Below, piece by piece: positions 1-12,117 of a stretch of 64,000 bases of DNA; positions within the stretch are counted from its first letter, which is position 1, and every line of letters starts with the position of its first letter. The stretch comes from Octopus sinensis (lineage: Eukaryota), in assembly GCF_006345805.1 (NCBI RefSeq), contig NC_043026.1:4774001-4838000 (forward strand), given 5' to 3'. A program made the translations under genes and the position numbers. The notes below the pieces were generated by a model. That model worked only from the letters and a program-made list of their open reading frames with translations, had not been told where the DNA came from and did no database searches.

Positions 1-1380
1 GACATATCATTCCATGATCGACTTTATCAAAGGCCTTTGCAAAGTCGAGATATATCACTTCCACATTTGTGTGGTTGAGCAGTCGTTTCAGCACCCAGTC
101 ATAGTGTTGTAGGAGCTGAGTTAAGCAGCTTCTTCCTGGTCGGAAACCATGTTGGGTGTCTGGCAGCAAGTCATTTTCTTCTAGGAAGGTGATCAGTTTC
201 CTTCTGACTATTCGTTCCATGACCTTGCTGATGTGTGAGGTCAGAGAGATAGGTCTGTAGTTCTTGGCCTCTGCTCTGCTACCTCCTTTATGAATAGGGC
301 ATATTTTACCTTCCTTCAGTTTTCTTGGAAGTTTGCCAGTTGCAAGGAAGCTCTGAAAGAGGAACTGCAGTGGTCTTGCTAGGACTCTCTTACATACTTT
401 TAGGAGGATTGCCGGGAATCCATCGGGGCCAGTAGCTGAGTTTGTTTTCATTTCATCTATAGCCTTTATTACATCGTCTTCTTTTATATTGATGTAATCA
501 ATCATTGCTGCCTCTGATTTTATAGCTGCAGTGGTAAAGAAGTCAGTTGGATTGCTGATTTGGAAATGCTCAAGGGGTGGAGTGAAAACACTCTTGAATT
601 GCTCATTCAGTATTTCACTTACCCTCATTGGTTTTCCTGTGAGTGTGCCATCCTTTTCAAGGAGTGGCCCTATCCTACACTGCACCGTAGCTGTTTTTTG
701 GCATACCTGTAGAAAGCTCTGGGGTTAGATTTTATGTTGTCTATAGCCCAGGCTTCTTTGTCTGCTCTTTCCTTTTCATGGGAGAGTTGCAGACATTTTT
801 CAATTTCCAACAGTTTTATTTTTAGGCGGGACTTTTCACTGCTTTCAATTTGTTTGTTTAGGCGATTTGAAATTTTTGTACACCGTCTCATTAAAATTTT
901 CCTCTCTCTGGGGATTTTGTTCTTGTGTACAGTGACCTTTCTCTCTGGGACACATTTGTAGCATATGGCTTGCATTACAGACAGGAATTGTTGAAGTTTC
1001 ACATCGATGTCTGGCAAGGAGAGACATTCAGGCCAGTTTTGTTTGAGGATCTCTTTCTCAATTTGTTTCCAGTTTGCCTTATGGAAGTTCAAGCTGGAAA
1101 GATTCTGAGAGTTTCTTGTAGGCTGCATGTCCATGCTTTCCTTTGGCCCATACATGGTCAGCTCTAACATGTTGTGATCCGAGAGTAGTGTCGGTGTCAC
1201 TTTCACATTATGGATGAAATCCATATTATTTGTGAAGCAGAGATCCAGTGTGTTACCTTCCCTGCTGGGTGGAGTATTACTTGTTCCATGTACAGGGTGT
1301 TGATGAGATTCAGGAGGGACATCGCCTGTCCTCGTTCACATCATGTCATTCCTGGGAGAGAAAGGCCCTCGGGCCATCTG
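1..1380 (-). mobile_element. CR1-clade LINE fragment (end of endonuclease, linker, start of RT), frameshifted
   Basis: Minus-strand translation gives TLDLCFTNN..LSDHN (APE end) and EAWAIDNIKSNPRAFYRYAKK, which resembles KWAIEKIKLNPKVFFSFARK in the intact ORF2 at 12.1-15.4 kb. RT-type NYRPISL and DFAKAFD motifs occur near positions 250 and 40. Confidence 0.85.
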
Positions 1381-1516
1381 ACATTGGGTATATATATATA
1401 TATAAATATACCGGAGTAAACACATAAATGTGAAACAAGGTGGAAAAAAAAGAGTACTCAAATACCAGTGGTAGAGTAATATGCTTTATTTTAAGCAGCA
1501 AAAAATTCAACAAAAT

Positions 1517-1554
1517 CTGTTGCTCTGAGTTTCTCGTTGCCGTTCATCAGACAG
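1517..1554 (-). ncRNA. Degenerate minimal type I hammerhead ribozyme in a short Penelope-like repeat (about 1395-1560)
   Basis: Minus strand reads CTGT-CTGATGA-A-CG-GCAA-CG-A-GAAA-CTC-A-GAG-CA-ACAG. Helix I is CTGT/ACAG and the core is intact, but the cleavage triplet is GCA instead of NUH. Confidence 0.6.
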
Positions 1555-1559
1555 TTTTT

Positions 1560-1604
1560 GCTGTATATATGTATATATATATGTATATATACATATATAT
1601 ATGT

Positions 1605-1674
<70 letters not shown>

Positions 1675-1749
1675 TTATATATATATTTGTATATACATAT
1701 GTACATATATATGTATACATATATGTATATATATATGTATATATATATA

Positions 1750-1797
<48 letters not shown>

Positions 1798-1806
1798 ATA
1801 TGTGTG

Positions 1807-1838
<32 letters not shown>

Positions 1839-1986
1839 TACATATATTTATATATGTGTATATATATATATATATATTATATGTTTATATATATATATGT
1901 TTATGTACATATATGTATATACGTATATATATGTATATATATATATGTTTATGTACATATATATGTATATATGTATGTTTCTGTAC

Positions 1987-2017
<31 letters not shown>

Positions 2018-2080
2018 TATATATATATATATGTGTGTGTGTGTTTATGTACATATATATATATATGTTTATATATATAT
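1560..2080. repeat. (TA)n-rich microsatellite
   Basis: Interrupted TA/TG dinucleotide tract; it is the source of the YIYI ORFs in the track. Confidence 0.97.
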
Positions 2081-2099
2081 CATCATCATCATCATCATC

Positions 2100-2320
2100 A
2101 TTTAATGTCCGTTTTCCGCGCTAGCACGGGTTGGACGGTTTCGACCGGGGTCTGGGGAGCTCGGGACTGCCCCAGGCTCCAGTCTAGTCTGGCAGTGTTT
2201 CTACAGCTGGATGCCCTTCCTAACGCCAACCACTCCGCGAGTGTAGTGGGTGCTTTTTACGTGCCACCTGCACAGGTGCCAGAGGGGTCTGGCATCGGCC
2301 ACGTTCGGATGGTGCTTTTT
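2100..2320 (+). mobile_element. SINE-like repeat, family C (GGATGCCCTTCCTAACGCCAACC core, RTE-associated type)
   Basis: Same sequence recurs at about 5230-5505(-), 7395-7665(-), 7780-8000(+), 10255-10490(-) and 44895-45155, usually next to (CAT)n. Confidence 0.8.
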
Positions 2321-2321
2321 G

Positions 2322-3772
2322 TGGGGGGGGGGTGCAGAAATATAGGGGAGCACCAGTGGGAGGGATGGTTCAGAGGACAGGTACTAGGCAAGTAGAACGT
2401 AGGATACCGAGAGAGGGGTAATGCATGGTGAAATAGCGTATTGAAGAGGGGGCTTCAAATAGTAGACACCTATAATGGTGGTGGGGGGGGTGCAGAAATA
2501 TAGGGGCGCACCAGTGGGAGGGGTGGTTCAGAGGACAGGTTCTAGGCAAGTAGAACGTAGGATATCGAGAGAGGGGTAATGCATGGTGAAATAGCGTATT
2601 GAAGAGGGGGGTTCAAAGAGTAGACACCTATAATGGTGGTGGGGGGGTGCAGAAATATAGGGGAGCACCAGTGGGAGGGGTGGTTCAGAGGACAGGTTCT
2701 AGGCAAGTAGAACGTAGGATATCGAGAGAGGGGTAATGCATGGTGAAATAGCGTATTGAAGAGGGGGGTTCAAAGAGTAGACACCTATAATGGTGGTGGG
2801 GGCAAAATAGAGATATTCGGTATTGGTGGTGGGGGTGGGTAGGGCGGGCGCGCCGCGAAGAATCGGCAGCCAATTTCTATCAGCCCTGTAAGGGAGAATA
2901 GATCTTAAATATCTATAACGATAACTAGTGAATTATACAGAATATGCAAAAACGAGGCGAGGCTGAAATAGTAAACAGAGTGGCGTCTAGGGGGATCAGA
3001 ATAATAATAATAATTAATAAATAGTAATACGGGATGAATTAAAGTTCAAGGATTTCTTATCTTGGGATCACTTCGTTTACGGACAGTCTTGGCAAAAGGA
3101 ATTCGGAATCAAGAATGAGGCAGGATACTAGCTTAAGTATGCATAGGAGTCCAGACAGACAATGTAAAAAGAGGGGGAGAGAAGGGCGCGAAGATCGGCA
3201 GCCAATTTCTATCAGCCCTGTAAGGGAGAATAGATCTTAAATATCTATAACGATAACTAGTGAATTATACAGAATATGCAAAAACAAGGCGAGGCTGAAA
3301 TAGTAAACAGAGTGGCGTCTTGGGGGATCAGAATAATAATAATAATTAATAAATAAATAGAAATACGGGATGAATTAAAGTTCAAGGATTTCTTATCTTG
3401 GGATCACTTCGTTAACGGACAGTCTTGGCAAAAGGAATTCGGAATCAAGAATGAGGCAGGATACTAGCTTAAGTATGCATAGGAGTCCAGACAGACAATG
3501 TAAAAAGAGGGGGAGAGAAGGGCGCGAAGATCGGCAGCCAATTTCTATCAGCCCTGTAAGGGAGAATAGATCTTAAATATCTATAACGATAACTAGTGAA
3601 TTATACAGAATATGCAAAAACGAGGCGAGGCTGAAATAGTAAACAGAGTGGCGTCTAGGGGGATCAGAATAATAATAATAATTAATAAATAAATAGAAAT
3701 ACGGGATGAATTAAAGTTCAAGGATTTCTTATCTTGGGATCACTTCGTTTACGGACAGTCTTGGCAAAAGGA
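2322..3772. repeat. Composite tandem array: 3 x about 157 bp (2322-2802) then about 2.7 x 332-336 bp (about 2850-3772)
   Basis: TGCAGAAATATAGGGG recurs at 2333, 2491 and 2648. CGGCAGCCAATTTCTATCAG recurs at 2864, 3196 and 3532. Confidence 0.95.
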
Positions 3773-4563
3773 TATTTTTATATATATATGTATGTTTATA
3801 TATATTTATATTTATATATAGATATATCTATGTTTATATATATACAAATATACATATATACACACATACATATATACATATATATATATGTATATATGTA
3901 TATACATACATATTTGTATATATATATTCAAACTATACTACTCAAAACACCATATCTTCCCATTGCTTCCCCCAAGAAGGTGTCTATATGTGTTTAAAAT
4001 GATGAAGTATGTATGCATCTATAATATGTGCATGTATGTATGTGTATATGTGTGCCTCTGTGTGTGTGTGTGTGAATGACACTTAATTTTATGGGGGATG
4101 TTTTGCTTGCACATGCGATCATACTGCCCCCACATTCAGACTGCGACCCACATTGACACTTGATACCTTGTCTTGGCTTGTCTCTGGATCATGTCAATAG
4201 GGGGCAAAGGATCTGTAAGGGTCAGCCAAGCCTTATTGGACTTAAAATTGTTGGTTGTACAATCATTAGGTGAGGGTCATTTACGATGCCTGATCAATTA
4301 GGAGGGCCCTGCGGCGTGCATGAAGGCCACAGCTGCGAATCCGAATAAAGCTGACCATGAACACAATGCTACTTAGAACGGTCCTTGCAGACATTTCGCA
4401 TGGTAGATGGTCAGTGATGGTCTTCTTTGCTCATGAGTGGATAGCCATCATCATCATCATCACCATATATACATGAATACATATATACATACATGAAGAA
4501 TTCATGTTTACATATATACATAACTACAGACAATCATACATACACAAATAAACCGAAACGTAG

Positions 4564-4619
<56 letters not shown>

Positions 4620-5024
4620 GTGCAAACATGAACAACTACATACATAAATAGAAATGCAACTGTACACATACACCCACATACATTCATACACACGTATTTA
4701 TATGCATATATGTACATATACATAGCTACTTGCGTGCCTACTATTTCTTACGCAATGAAAGACACATTCAAATTGTGACTCACTATTTCTTTTCTTTAAC
4801 AATTCTAAAGAAATTCTAAAATATCTCAATTTATTGTCATTAATTTTCTTATCCCCATTCAAATCTGAGGTCAACCTTTTGCGTCAATTTAGAAATACGT
4901 GTGTATGAATGTATGTGGGTGAACGTATTTAGAAAATGTAGGTAAAACCGAAATATGTATGCGCTCACAACTATCCATCAATTCATCTATCTGTCTATAC
5001 ATACATGCATACATTCATAAAACA

Positions 5025-5074
<50 letters not shown>

Positions 5075-5149
5075 ATATGTATATATATGTATGTACATAT
5101 ATATATATATATTATATATATATATATATGTGTATATATATCAGTCCAC

Positions 5150-5505
5150 CTATGCATACCTTTCCTTCTTGGGACACAAAACTCTGCTTTTGAAGACCTG
5201 TTGAGGTGACAATAAATCAAAATCAAAATCGATCAACATCAATGGAATTTGTAGTTGTGATACCAGTGCCGGTGGCACGTAAGAGAACCGTCCAAACGTG
5301 GCCGTAGCCAGCGCTGCCCTGACTGGCCTCCTGTGCTGGTGGCACATAAAAAGCACCCACTACACTCACGGAGTGGTTGGCATTAGGAAGGGCATCCAGC
5401 TGTAGAAACACTGCCAGATCAGACTGGGCCTGGTGTAGCCTTCTGGCTTCCCAGACCCCAGTTGAACCGTCCAACCCATGCTAGCATGGAAAGCGGACGT
5501 TAAAC
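5150..5505 (-). mobile_element. SINE family C copy (minus) abutting an RTE 3-prime end remnant (plus)
   Basis: Reverse complement of the 2100-2320 family. 5150-5250 matches the RTE tail at 6745-6845. Confidence 0.75.
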
Positions 5506-5547
5506 GATGATGATGATGATGATATATTTATATACATATATATATTT

Positions 5548-5631
<84 letters not shown>

Positions 5632-5757
5632 ATTAATTGTTATCGCCATATTAATATGGCAGTCTTATATCTATAAGACTGCCATATTAATTGGCGATAA
5701 CAATTAATTTCCAGTAACACTGCTGTAATCTCTTTTAGAGAGACTTAGTAATTTTAA

Positions 5758-5795
<38 letters not shown>

Positions 5796-6079
5796 CTAGC
5801 ATTAAAGAATCGTCGTTGCCAGGTCATAGTGCTAGTGCATGTATATATGTGTATATATATGTGTACATATTACATGTACAACAATATATATACATCTACA
5901 CATAAAATACAATATACAAAGTTATATCTTGATATCGCTAGTGATAACAATACTCAAAATATATAACAGACTGGAATCTTTAGCCCATCTCTTGTAATTT
6001 CGATCAATTGTATCTTGTCCTCCCTCTTGTATAGAAGTGTGGCATAGAATAGTTTTGTATGTGGCAGATGCTCAGGAGC

Positions 6080-6850
6080 AATAAACACTGAAAGTGCGCA
6101 GAGACCAACTTCCACTACATTCCAGGGAGAAAAGCTAGAAATAGTTGATAGCTTCCATTACCAAGGTGACCAAGTCAGTAGTGGGGGTGGGTGTGCTGAA
6201 AGTGTAACTGCTAGAGTAGGAATAGCCTGGGCAAAGTTTAGGGAGCTCTTACCTCTGCTGGTGACAAAAGACGTATCGCTCAGAGTAAAAGGTAGACTGT
6301 ATGATGCATGTGTACAAACAGCCATGCTACATGGCAGTGAAACATGGGCCGTGCTGAGGATATGCGTAAGCTCACAAGAAATGAAGCCAGATGGATGTGT
6401 AATGTCAGTGTTCATAATCGACAGAGCGTTAGTACCTTGATAGAAATGTTGTACCTAAGAAGCATCAGTTGTGGTGTGCAAGAAAGATGATTGCGCTGGT
6501 ATGGTCATGTGACAAGAATGGATGAAGATAGTTGTGTGAAAAAGTGCCACACCCAAGCGGTTGAGGGAACCTGTGGAAGAGGTAAACCTGGGACGAGGTG
6601 GTGAAGCACAACCTTCGAACTTTAGGTCTCACGAGGAAATAACTAGAGACTGAGACATGTGGAGGTATGCTGTGTATGAGAAGAACTGGCAGGACAAGTG
6701 AGACCATAACCCATGGCCTCTACCTGGGATGTAGCCGGTCCACTTATGCATACCCTTCCTTCTTGGGACACGGGGCTCTGCTTGTGAGGACCTGTTGAGG
6801 CAAGTGAGAATCAAAATTGAAATCGATCAACATCAATGGAATTGCAGATT
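6080..6850 (+). mobile_element. RTE-clade LINE 3-prime fragment
   Basis: Degenerate post-RT coding (ARVGIAWAKFRELLPLL, KGRLYDACVQTAMLHGSETWA) followed by the 3-prime tail; 6110-6320 is the inverse complement of 8000-8190. Confidence 0.85.
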
Positions 6851-6939
6851 TGGTGCCGGTGGCACGTAAGAGAACCATCCAAACATGGCCGTTGCTGGCA
6901 CCGAACTGACGGGCCTCCATGCCAGTGGCACGCGGATGA

Positions 6940-7385
6940 ACATTGAAACTCCGACGTCTGGCAGCTGACTTGGCAGACACCCATAAAATTATCAACCATC
7001 TTACAAACAATAACTCTGAGCACCTTTTCAAACTCCACCCATCTAACACCTGTGGACATATTTACAAAGTAAGAAAACAGCACAGCTCCCATGACTTCAG
7101 GAAACATTTTTTCACGCTGAGAGTTGCTGAAGCATGGAACAAACTGCCGGCATCAGTTGTTAGTTGTCGGAGCACTGCATCCTTCAAAACTTCCATGCTT
7201 CCTGAGATTCGCCAACACTACACTTGATTTTCTCCCCTCTATACACACACAAGCATGTATCTGACTCATACATTGTTCACTTTCCAGACATTTCTACATT
7301 ACTGCATGTACTTTATATGCACTTTCTGACCAGTTGTGGTGCACCTGAGCACTGTATACAATAATTTCATTATTATTATTATTAT
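6940..7385 (+). mobile_element. CR1-clade LINE 3-prime end
   Basis: RRLAADL..THKII..GHIYKVRKQHSSHDFRKHFFTLRVAEAWNKLP, ending in an (ATT)n tail. Confidence 0.85.
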
Positions 7386-7394
7386 AAAATGCAC

Positions 7395-7682
7395 CATCAT
7401 ATCGTGGCCGTTGCCAACCTCGCCTGGCCCCGTGCAAGTGGCATGTAAGAAGCACCATCTGACCTTGGCCGTTTGCCAGCTTCGTTTGGCACTTGTGTCG
7501 GTGACACGTGGGAGGCACCCACTACGCACACGGACTGCTTGGCGTTGAGTGAGGCATCCACCGTAGAAGCATTGCCAGATCGGACTCGGCCTGGTGCAGC
7601 CTTCTGGCTTCCCAGACCCCAGTTGAGCCGTCCAACCCATGCTAGCATGGAAAGCGGACGCTAAAGGATGATGATGATGATG

Positions 7683-7728
<46 letters not shown>

Positions 7729-8000
7729 TTATATATATATTTGTATATATATATCATCATCATCATCATCATCATCATCATCGTTTAACGTCCGTTCTCC
7801 ATGCTAGCATGGGTTGGACAGTTCGACCGGGGACCTGGGAAGCCAGAAGGCTGCACCAGGCTCCAGTCTTATCTGGCAATGTTTCTGCAGCTGGATGCCC
7901 TTCCTAACGCCAACCACTCCGTGAGTGTAGTGAGTGCTTTTAACGTGCCACCCGCACAGGTGCCAGGCGAGGCTGGCAACGGCCACGGTCGGATTGGTGC
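7395..8000. mobile_element. Two SINE family C copies in inverted orientation (7395-7665 minus, 7780-8000 plus)
   Basis: Mutually reverse-complementary copies separated by about 120 bp of microsatellite. Confidence 0.8.
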
Positions 8001-9425
8001 ATCATACAGTCTGCCTTTTACTCTGAGCGAGAGGCCTTTAGTCACCAGCAGAGATAAGAGCTCCCTAAACTTTGCCCAGGCTATTCTTACTCTAGCAGTT
8101 ACACTTTCAACGCACCCACCCCCACTACTGACTTGGTCACCTAGATAACAGAAGCCATCAACTACTTCTAGTTTTTCCCCCTGGAAAGTGACGGAAGTTG
8201 TTTTCTGCAGATTTTCAGAGGTTAATGCTCCCGAGCATCTGCCACATACAAAAAACTATCTTCCCAGTTAGCCTACCTTTGACATTGCTGCACCTCTTAT
8301 GTGTCCATAGCTTACACTGGGTACATCTTATAGTGTTTCTACCTACACCTTTTCTACAGATCGAGCAGGGCCATCTTCCTGAAGACATTTGTGGATTGTC
8401 TACCTTCCTACTTATTAGTACTTTGGTTTTAGCTAGGTTGACTCTAAGGCCCCTCGATTCTAAACCCTCCTTCCACACCTGGAACTTCTCCTCCAGTTCT
8501 GATAGTGACTCAGCAATTAGAGCAAGGTCGTCAGCATAGAGGAGCTCCCAGGGGCAACCTGTCTTGAATTACTCCGTAATTGCCTGTAGGACTATGATAA
8601 ATAGGAGGGGGCTGAGTACTGAACCCTGGTGGACCCCAACCTCCACTTTGAATTCTTCTGTGTACATGTTGCTAACCCTAACCTTACTTACGGCATCTCT
8701 GTACATGGCTTGCACAGTCCTCACCAGCCATTCATCTATCCCTAGTTTCCTCATTGACCACCAGATAAGGGATCGGGGGACCCTATCAAAAGCTTTCTCC
8801 ATGTCAACAAAAGCCAGGTACAGGGGCTTATCTTTGGCTAGGTATTTCTCCTGCAGCTGCCTTACCAGGAATATAGCATCCATGGTACTTTTCCCTTGCA
8901 CGAACCCAAACTGCATCTCATCTAAACTAACTCTCTCTCTAATTAGTTGGGCTATGACCCTCTCCGTAACCTTCATTACTTGATCCAACAGCTTGATACC
9001 TCTGTAATTATTTGTATCTAGGGCATCACCTTTACCTTTGTAGCAGTTGACTAGTATGCTGCTACACCAGTCATTGGGTATGACTCCTTCGTGTATCACC
9101 TGGTTGACTATACGGGTGACTAGGCTATAGGCGACACTGCCAGATATTTTGAGCATCTCTGCAGTAATTCCTGATGGGCCTGGGGCTTTCCCTGTCTTCA
9201 TGCTTCTAATTGCCTTAGCTACCACGGAACTATCAACTCGGATAGCTGGTCCCTCTGTTGGGTCAACATTCGCAGACTCTCTTTATCCCATTCATTTTCT
9301 TTATTCAGCAACCTTTCATAGTGGCATCTCCAAACCTCTCTCTTTGCATCCTCATTTAGCGCAAGTGAACCATCATCCATGCGAACACACTTCTCTCCTA
9401 CCACATCACGATTCTCTCTCACACA
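8000..9425 (-). mobile_element. RTE-clade LINE fragment containing the RT domain (frameshifted)
   Basis: ORF 8569-9225 has GKAPGPSGI, NYRGIKLL, FVDMEKAFDRVPR, GVHQGSVLSPLLF. The next frame supplies the ADDL region, then GLRVNLAKTKV and the RTE-type WPCSICRKGVG zinc motif. Confidence 0.92.
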
Positions 9426-9432
9426 CTGTCTT

Positions 9433-9465
<33 letters not shown>

Positions 9466-9509
9466 TACACACACACACATATATATATACATATATAAAA
9501 ATTTTGTCA

Positions 9510-9880
9510 TTGAAAGCTACACCAATGCCAGAACGGGACGACACTGCATATTGCCAAAGATACCAGCAATGCCATCGCACTTCGGGACCAGTTACTGCAA
9601 CAGCCTGGGTTTCAGGGGCCCACAGCTTTTTAATATTCTCCTAAAGAACCTGAAGAACTTGCACAAAGTAAATGTAGGAGATTTTAAATCAAAGCTGGAC
9701 CTCTTCCTGTCGAGAGTCTCAGATGAACCTCCCTCACGCCAAGAGGTGTAAATAAGGGTGGCTACATCAAACTCCATTCTTTACCAAGTGCCACATATTG
9801 AAGGAGGCACTCAGTAATAACAGTGTAGCAAAACGGCAGTCGCTCCAGCATGGCCGCAGCTCTGAGCTGCAACTACAGAA
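9510..9880 (+). mobile_element. CR1-clade LINE 3-prime end (same lineage as the full-length element)
   Basis: NSLGFRGPQLFNIL..FKSKLDLFLSRVSDEP resembles SIGPALFNI..FKKSLDRFLQEIPDKP at the end of the intact ORF2. Confidence 0.75.
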
Positions 9881-9928
9881 ATAAAATATATATAATACAT
9901 ATGTGTGTGTTTTTGTATTTACATATAC

Positions 9929-9962
<34 letters not shown>

Positions 9963-10131
9963 ACATCATCATCGTTTAGCGTCCGTTTTCCGTGCTAGCA
10001 CGGGTTATATTTATATAGTACATACATACATATATATATTGAATATGTACCAAATAATTGTCACATACTACATTTACAGATATATATATATACACATATA
10101 TATATATATATATACACATATATATATATAT

Positions 10132-10185
<54 letters not shown>

Positions 10186-11496
10186 TATATATATTTATAT
10201 ATATATATACATACAAAAAACATACATAAATGTATACTACATATGTATGTGACGGTGGCACGTAAAATGCATCATTCAAGCATGCTTGATGCCAGCACTG
10301 CCTCAGTGGCCCTGATGCCTGTGGCACATAAAAAGCACCGACTTCATTCTCGGAGTGGTTGGCATTAGGAATGGTATCCAACTGCAGAAACTTTGCCAGA
10401 TGAGATTGGGGCCTGGTGCAGCCTACTTGTTTCCAGCCCTCAGTCAAACCGTCCAATTCATGCCAGCATGGAAGCAGACGTTAAAGACGACGACGATGAT
10501 GATGATACATATATGTCTCTATGTATGTATGTATTTGTAGCCCTCTTAGACATGCCAGTGGCCCTTCAGACAGCTATAGTTACCAGCTATGCTAACGATG
10601 CAAAATTATCAGAGGCAATAAAAAAATCAAAGATGACATCGCAAGATTACAGCTGGGGCAAACGACTGAGAAAAGCTGCAAGACCATGATGGTGCTCCAG
10701 CATGACCACAGCTACATGTGTAAAGAAACGTGTAAAAGAATAATATATCTGTGCGTGTGTGTATTATGAAACCGTATCAAAACTTTCCTGAGTCATTGAC
10801 TCACACAGCACAAATTATCGACTCATAAGGCCAGTTTCCCTTATTCTGTCATGTATATATTTCCCCCAATGAAGAGGAAGGTGGGCCATCGTTGGATTCC
10901 TTGATTTTACTAGCCGAATAAATTGGGGGAAGTGGAATGAAGAGTGTTGCTCAAGAAAACAATCTATCACCCAATCCAGGAATTGAAACCTTAATCTTAG
11001 TATCATGAGTGCAACACACTAAAAATGTGCATCCACACACTCGCACAGACACACATACACAAACATACATGTACAGGGGTATAAATATACACAAGTATAC
11101 ACCCTTATATATACATATATAATTAAACATATATATATATACACATAAATACATACACACACACAGTTACAGTAAATATATATATGCATATACATACATA
11201 TATATATACACACACACACAAACACACACATATATATATATATATAATATATATATATATTCATGTATGTGTGTGTCACTGTTTGCCCTCCCATCCCCCC
11301 ACAAACGGTTGACAACCGATGTTGGTGTATTTACATCCCCACACTTAGCAGTTCACCAAGAGAAACCGATAGAACAAGTCCTTGGCTTACAAAGAATATG
11401 TCCTGGGGTCGATTTCTCTGAACCTTTAAGGCAGTGCTCCAGCGTGGCCACATTCAGAAGATTGAAACAAGTAATAGAATAAAATTATACATAGGT

Positions 11497-11880
11497 GTAG
11501 GAGTGGCCGTGTGGTAAGTAACTTGTTTACCAGCCACATGGTTCCGGGTTCAGTCCCACTGCGTGGCACCTTGGGCAAGTGTCTTCTACTATAGCCTCAG
11601 GCCGACCAAAGCATTGTGAGTGGATTTGGTAGACAGAAACTGAAAGAAGCTCGTCGTATATATGTATATATATATGTGTGTGTGTATATGTTTGTGCGTG
11701 TGTGTGTGTCCCCAACATCGCTTGACAACTGATGCTGGTGTGTTTACGTAACATAGCGGTTCAGCAAAAGAGACCGATAGAATAAGTACTGGGCTTACAA
11801 AGAAAAAGTCCTGGTGTCGATTTGCTCGACTATAGGCGGTGCTCCAGCATGGCCACAGTCAAATGATTGTAACAAGTAAA
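11497..11880 (+). mobile_element. tRNA-derived SINE, family B (CCTTGGGCAAGTGTCTTC core)
   Basis: tRNA-like head GTAGGAGTGGCCGTGTGGTAAG..GGTTCAGTCCC. Further copies at about 17780-18150(-) and 47720-48330(-). Confidence 0.8.
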
Positions 11881-12117
11881 AGAGTAAAGAATATACAAAC
11901 AGGTGTGTGTGTGTGTATGTATCCATGTATAAACATATATATGGATAAATACATATATATGTGTGTGTATATATAGATATACATGTGTGCATATATGGGT
12001 GTATATATGTAAGGAAGTTAGTGTATACTTTGATACTTTGATACTTTGATAGGTTTCGGCCATTATTGGCCCAGGCCATGTCCAACTTAATAGCACCACC
12101 TGGTGAAGTCTTTCAAG

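Noticed and set aside
1440-2395. Long YIYI/IYIY ORFs (also many similar ones across the window)
   Set aside because: Translations of (TA)n/(CA)n/(GA)n microsatellites, which lack stops in some frames.
2322-3772. CRISPR-like or retrozyme interpretation of the tandem arrays
   Set aside because: Units are contiguous with no unique spacers, the DNA is eukaryotic, and no hammerhead core was found on either strand.
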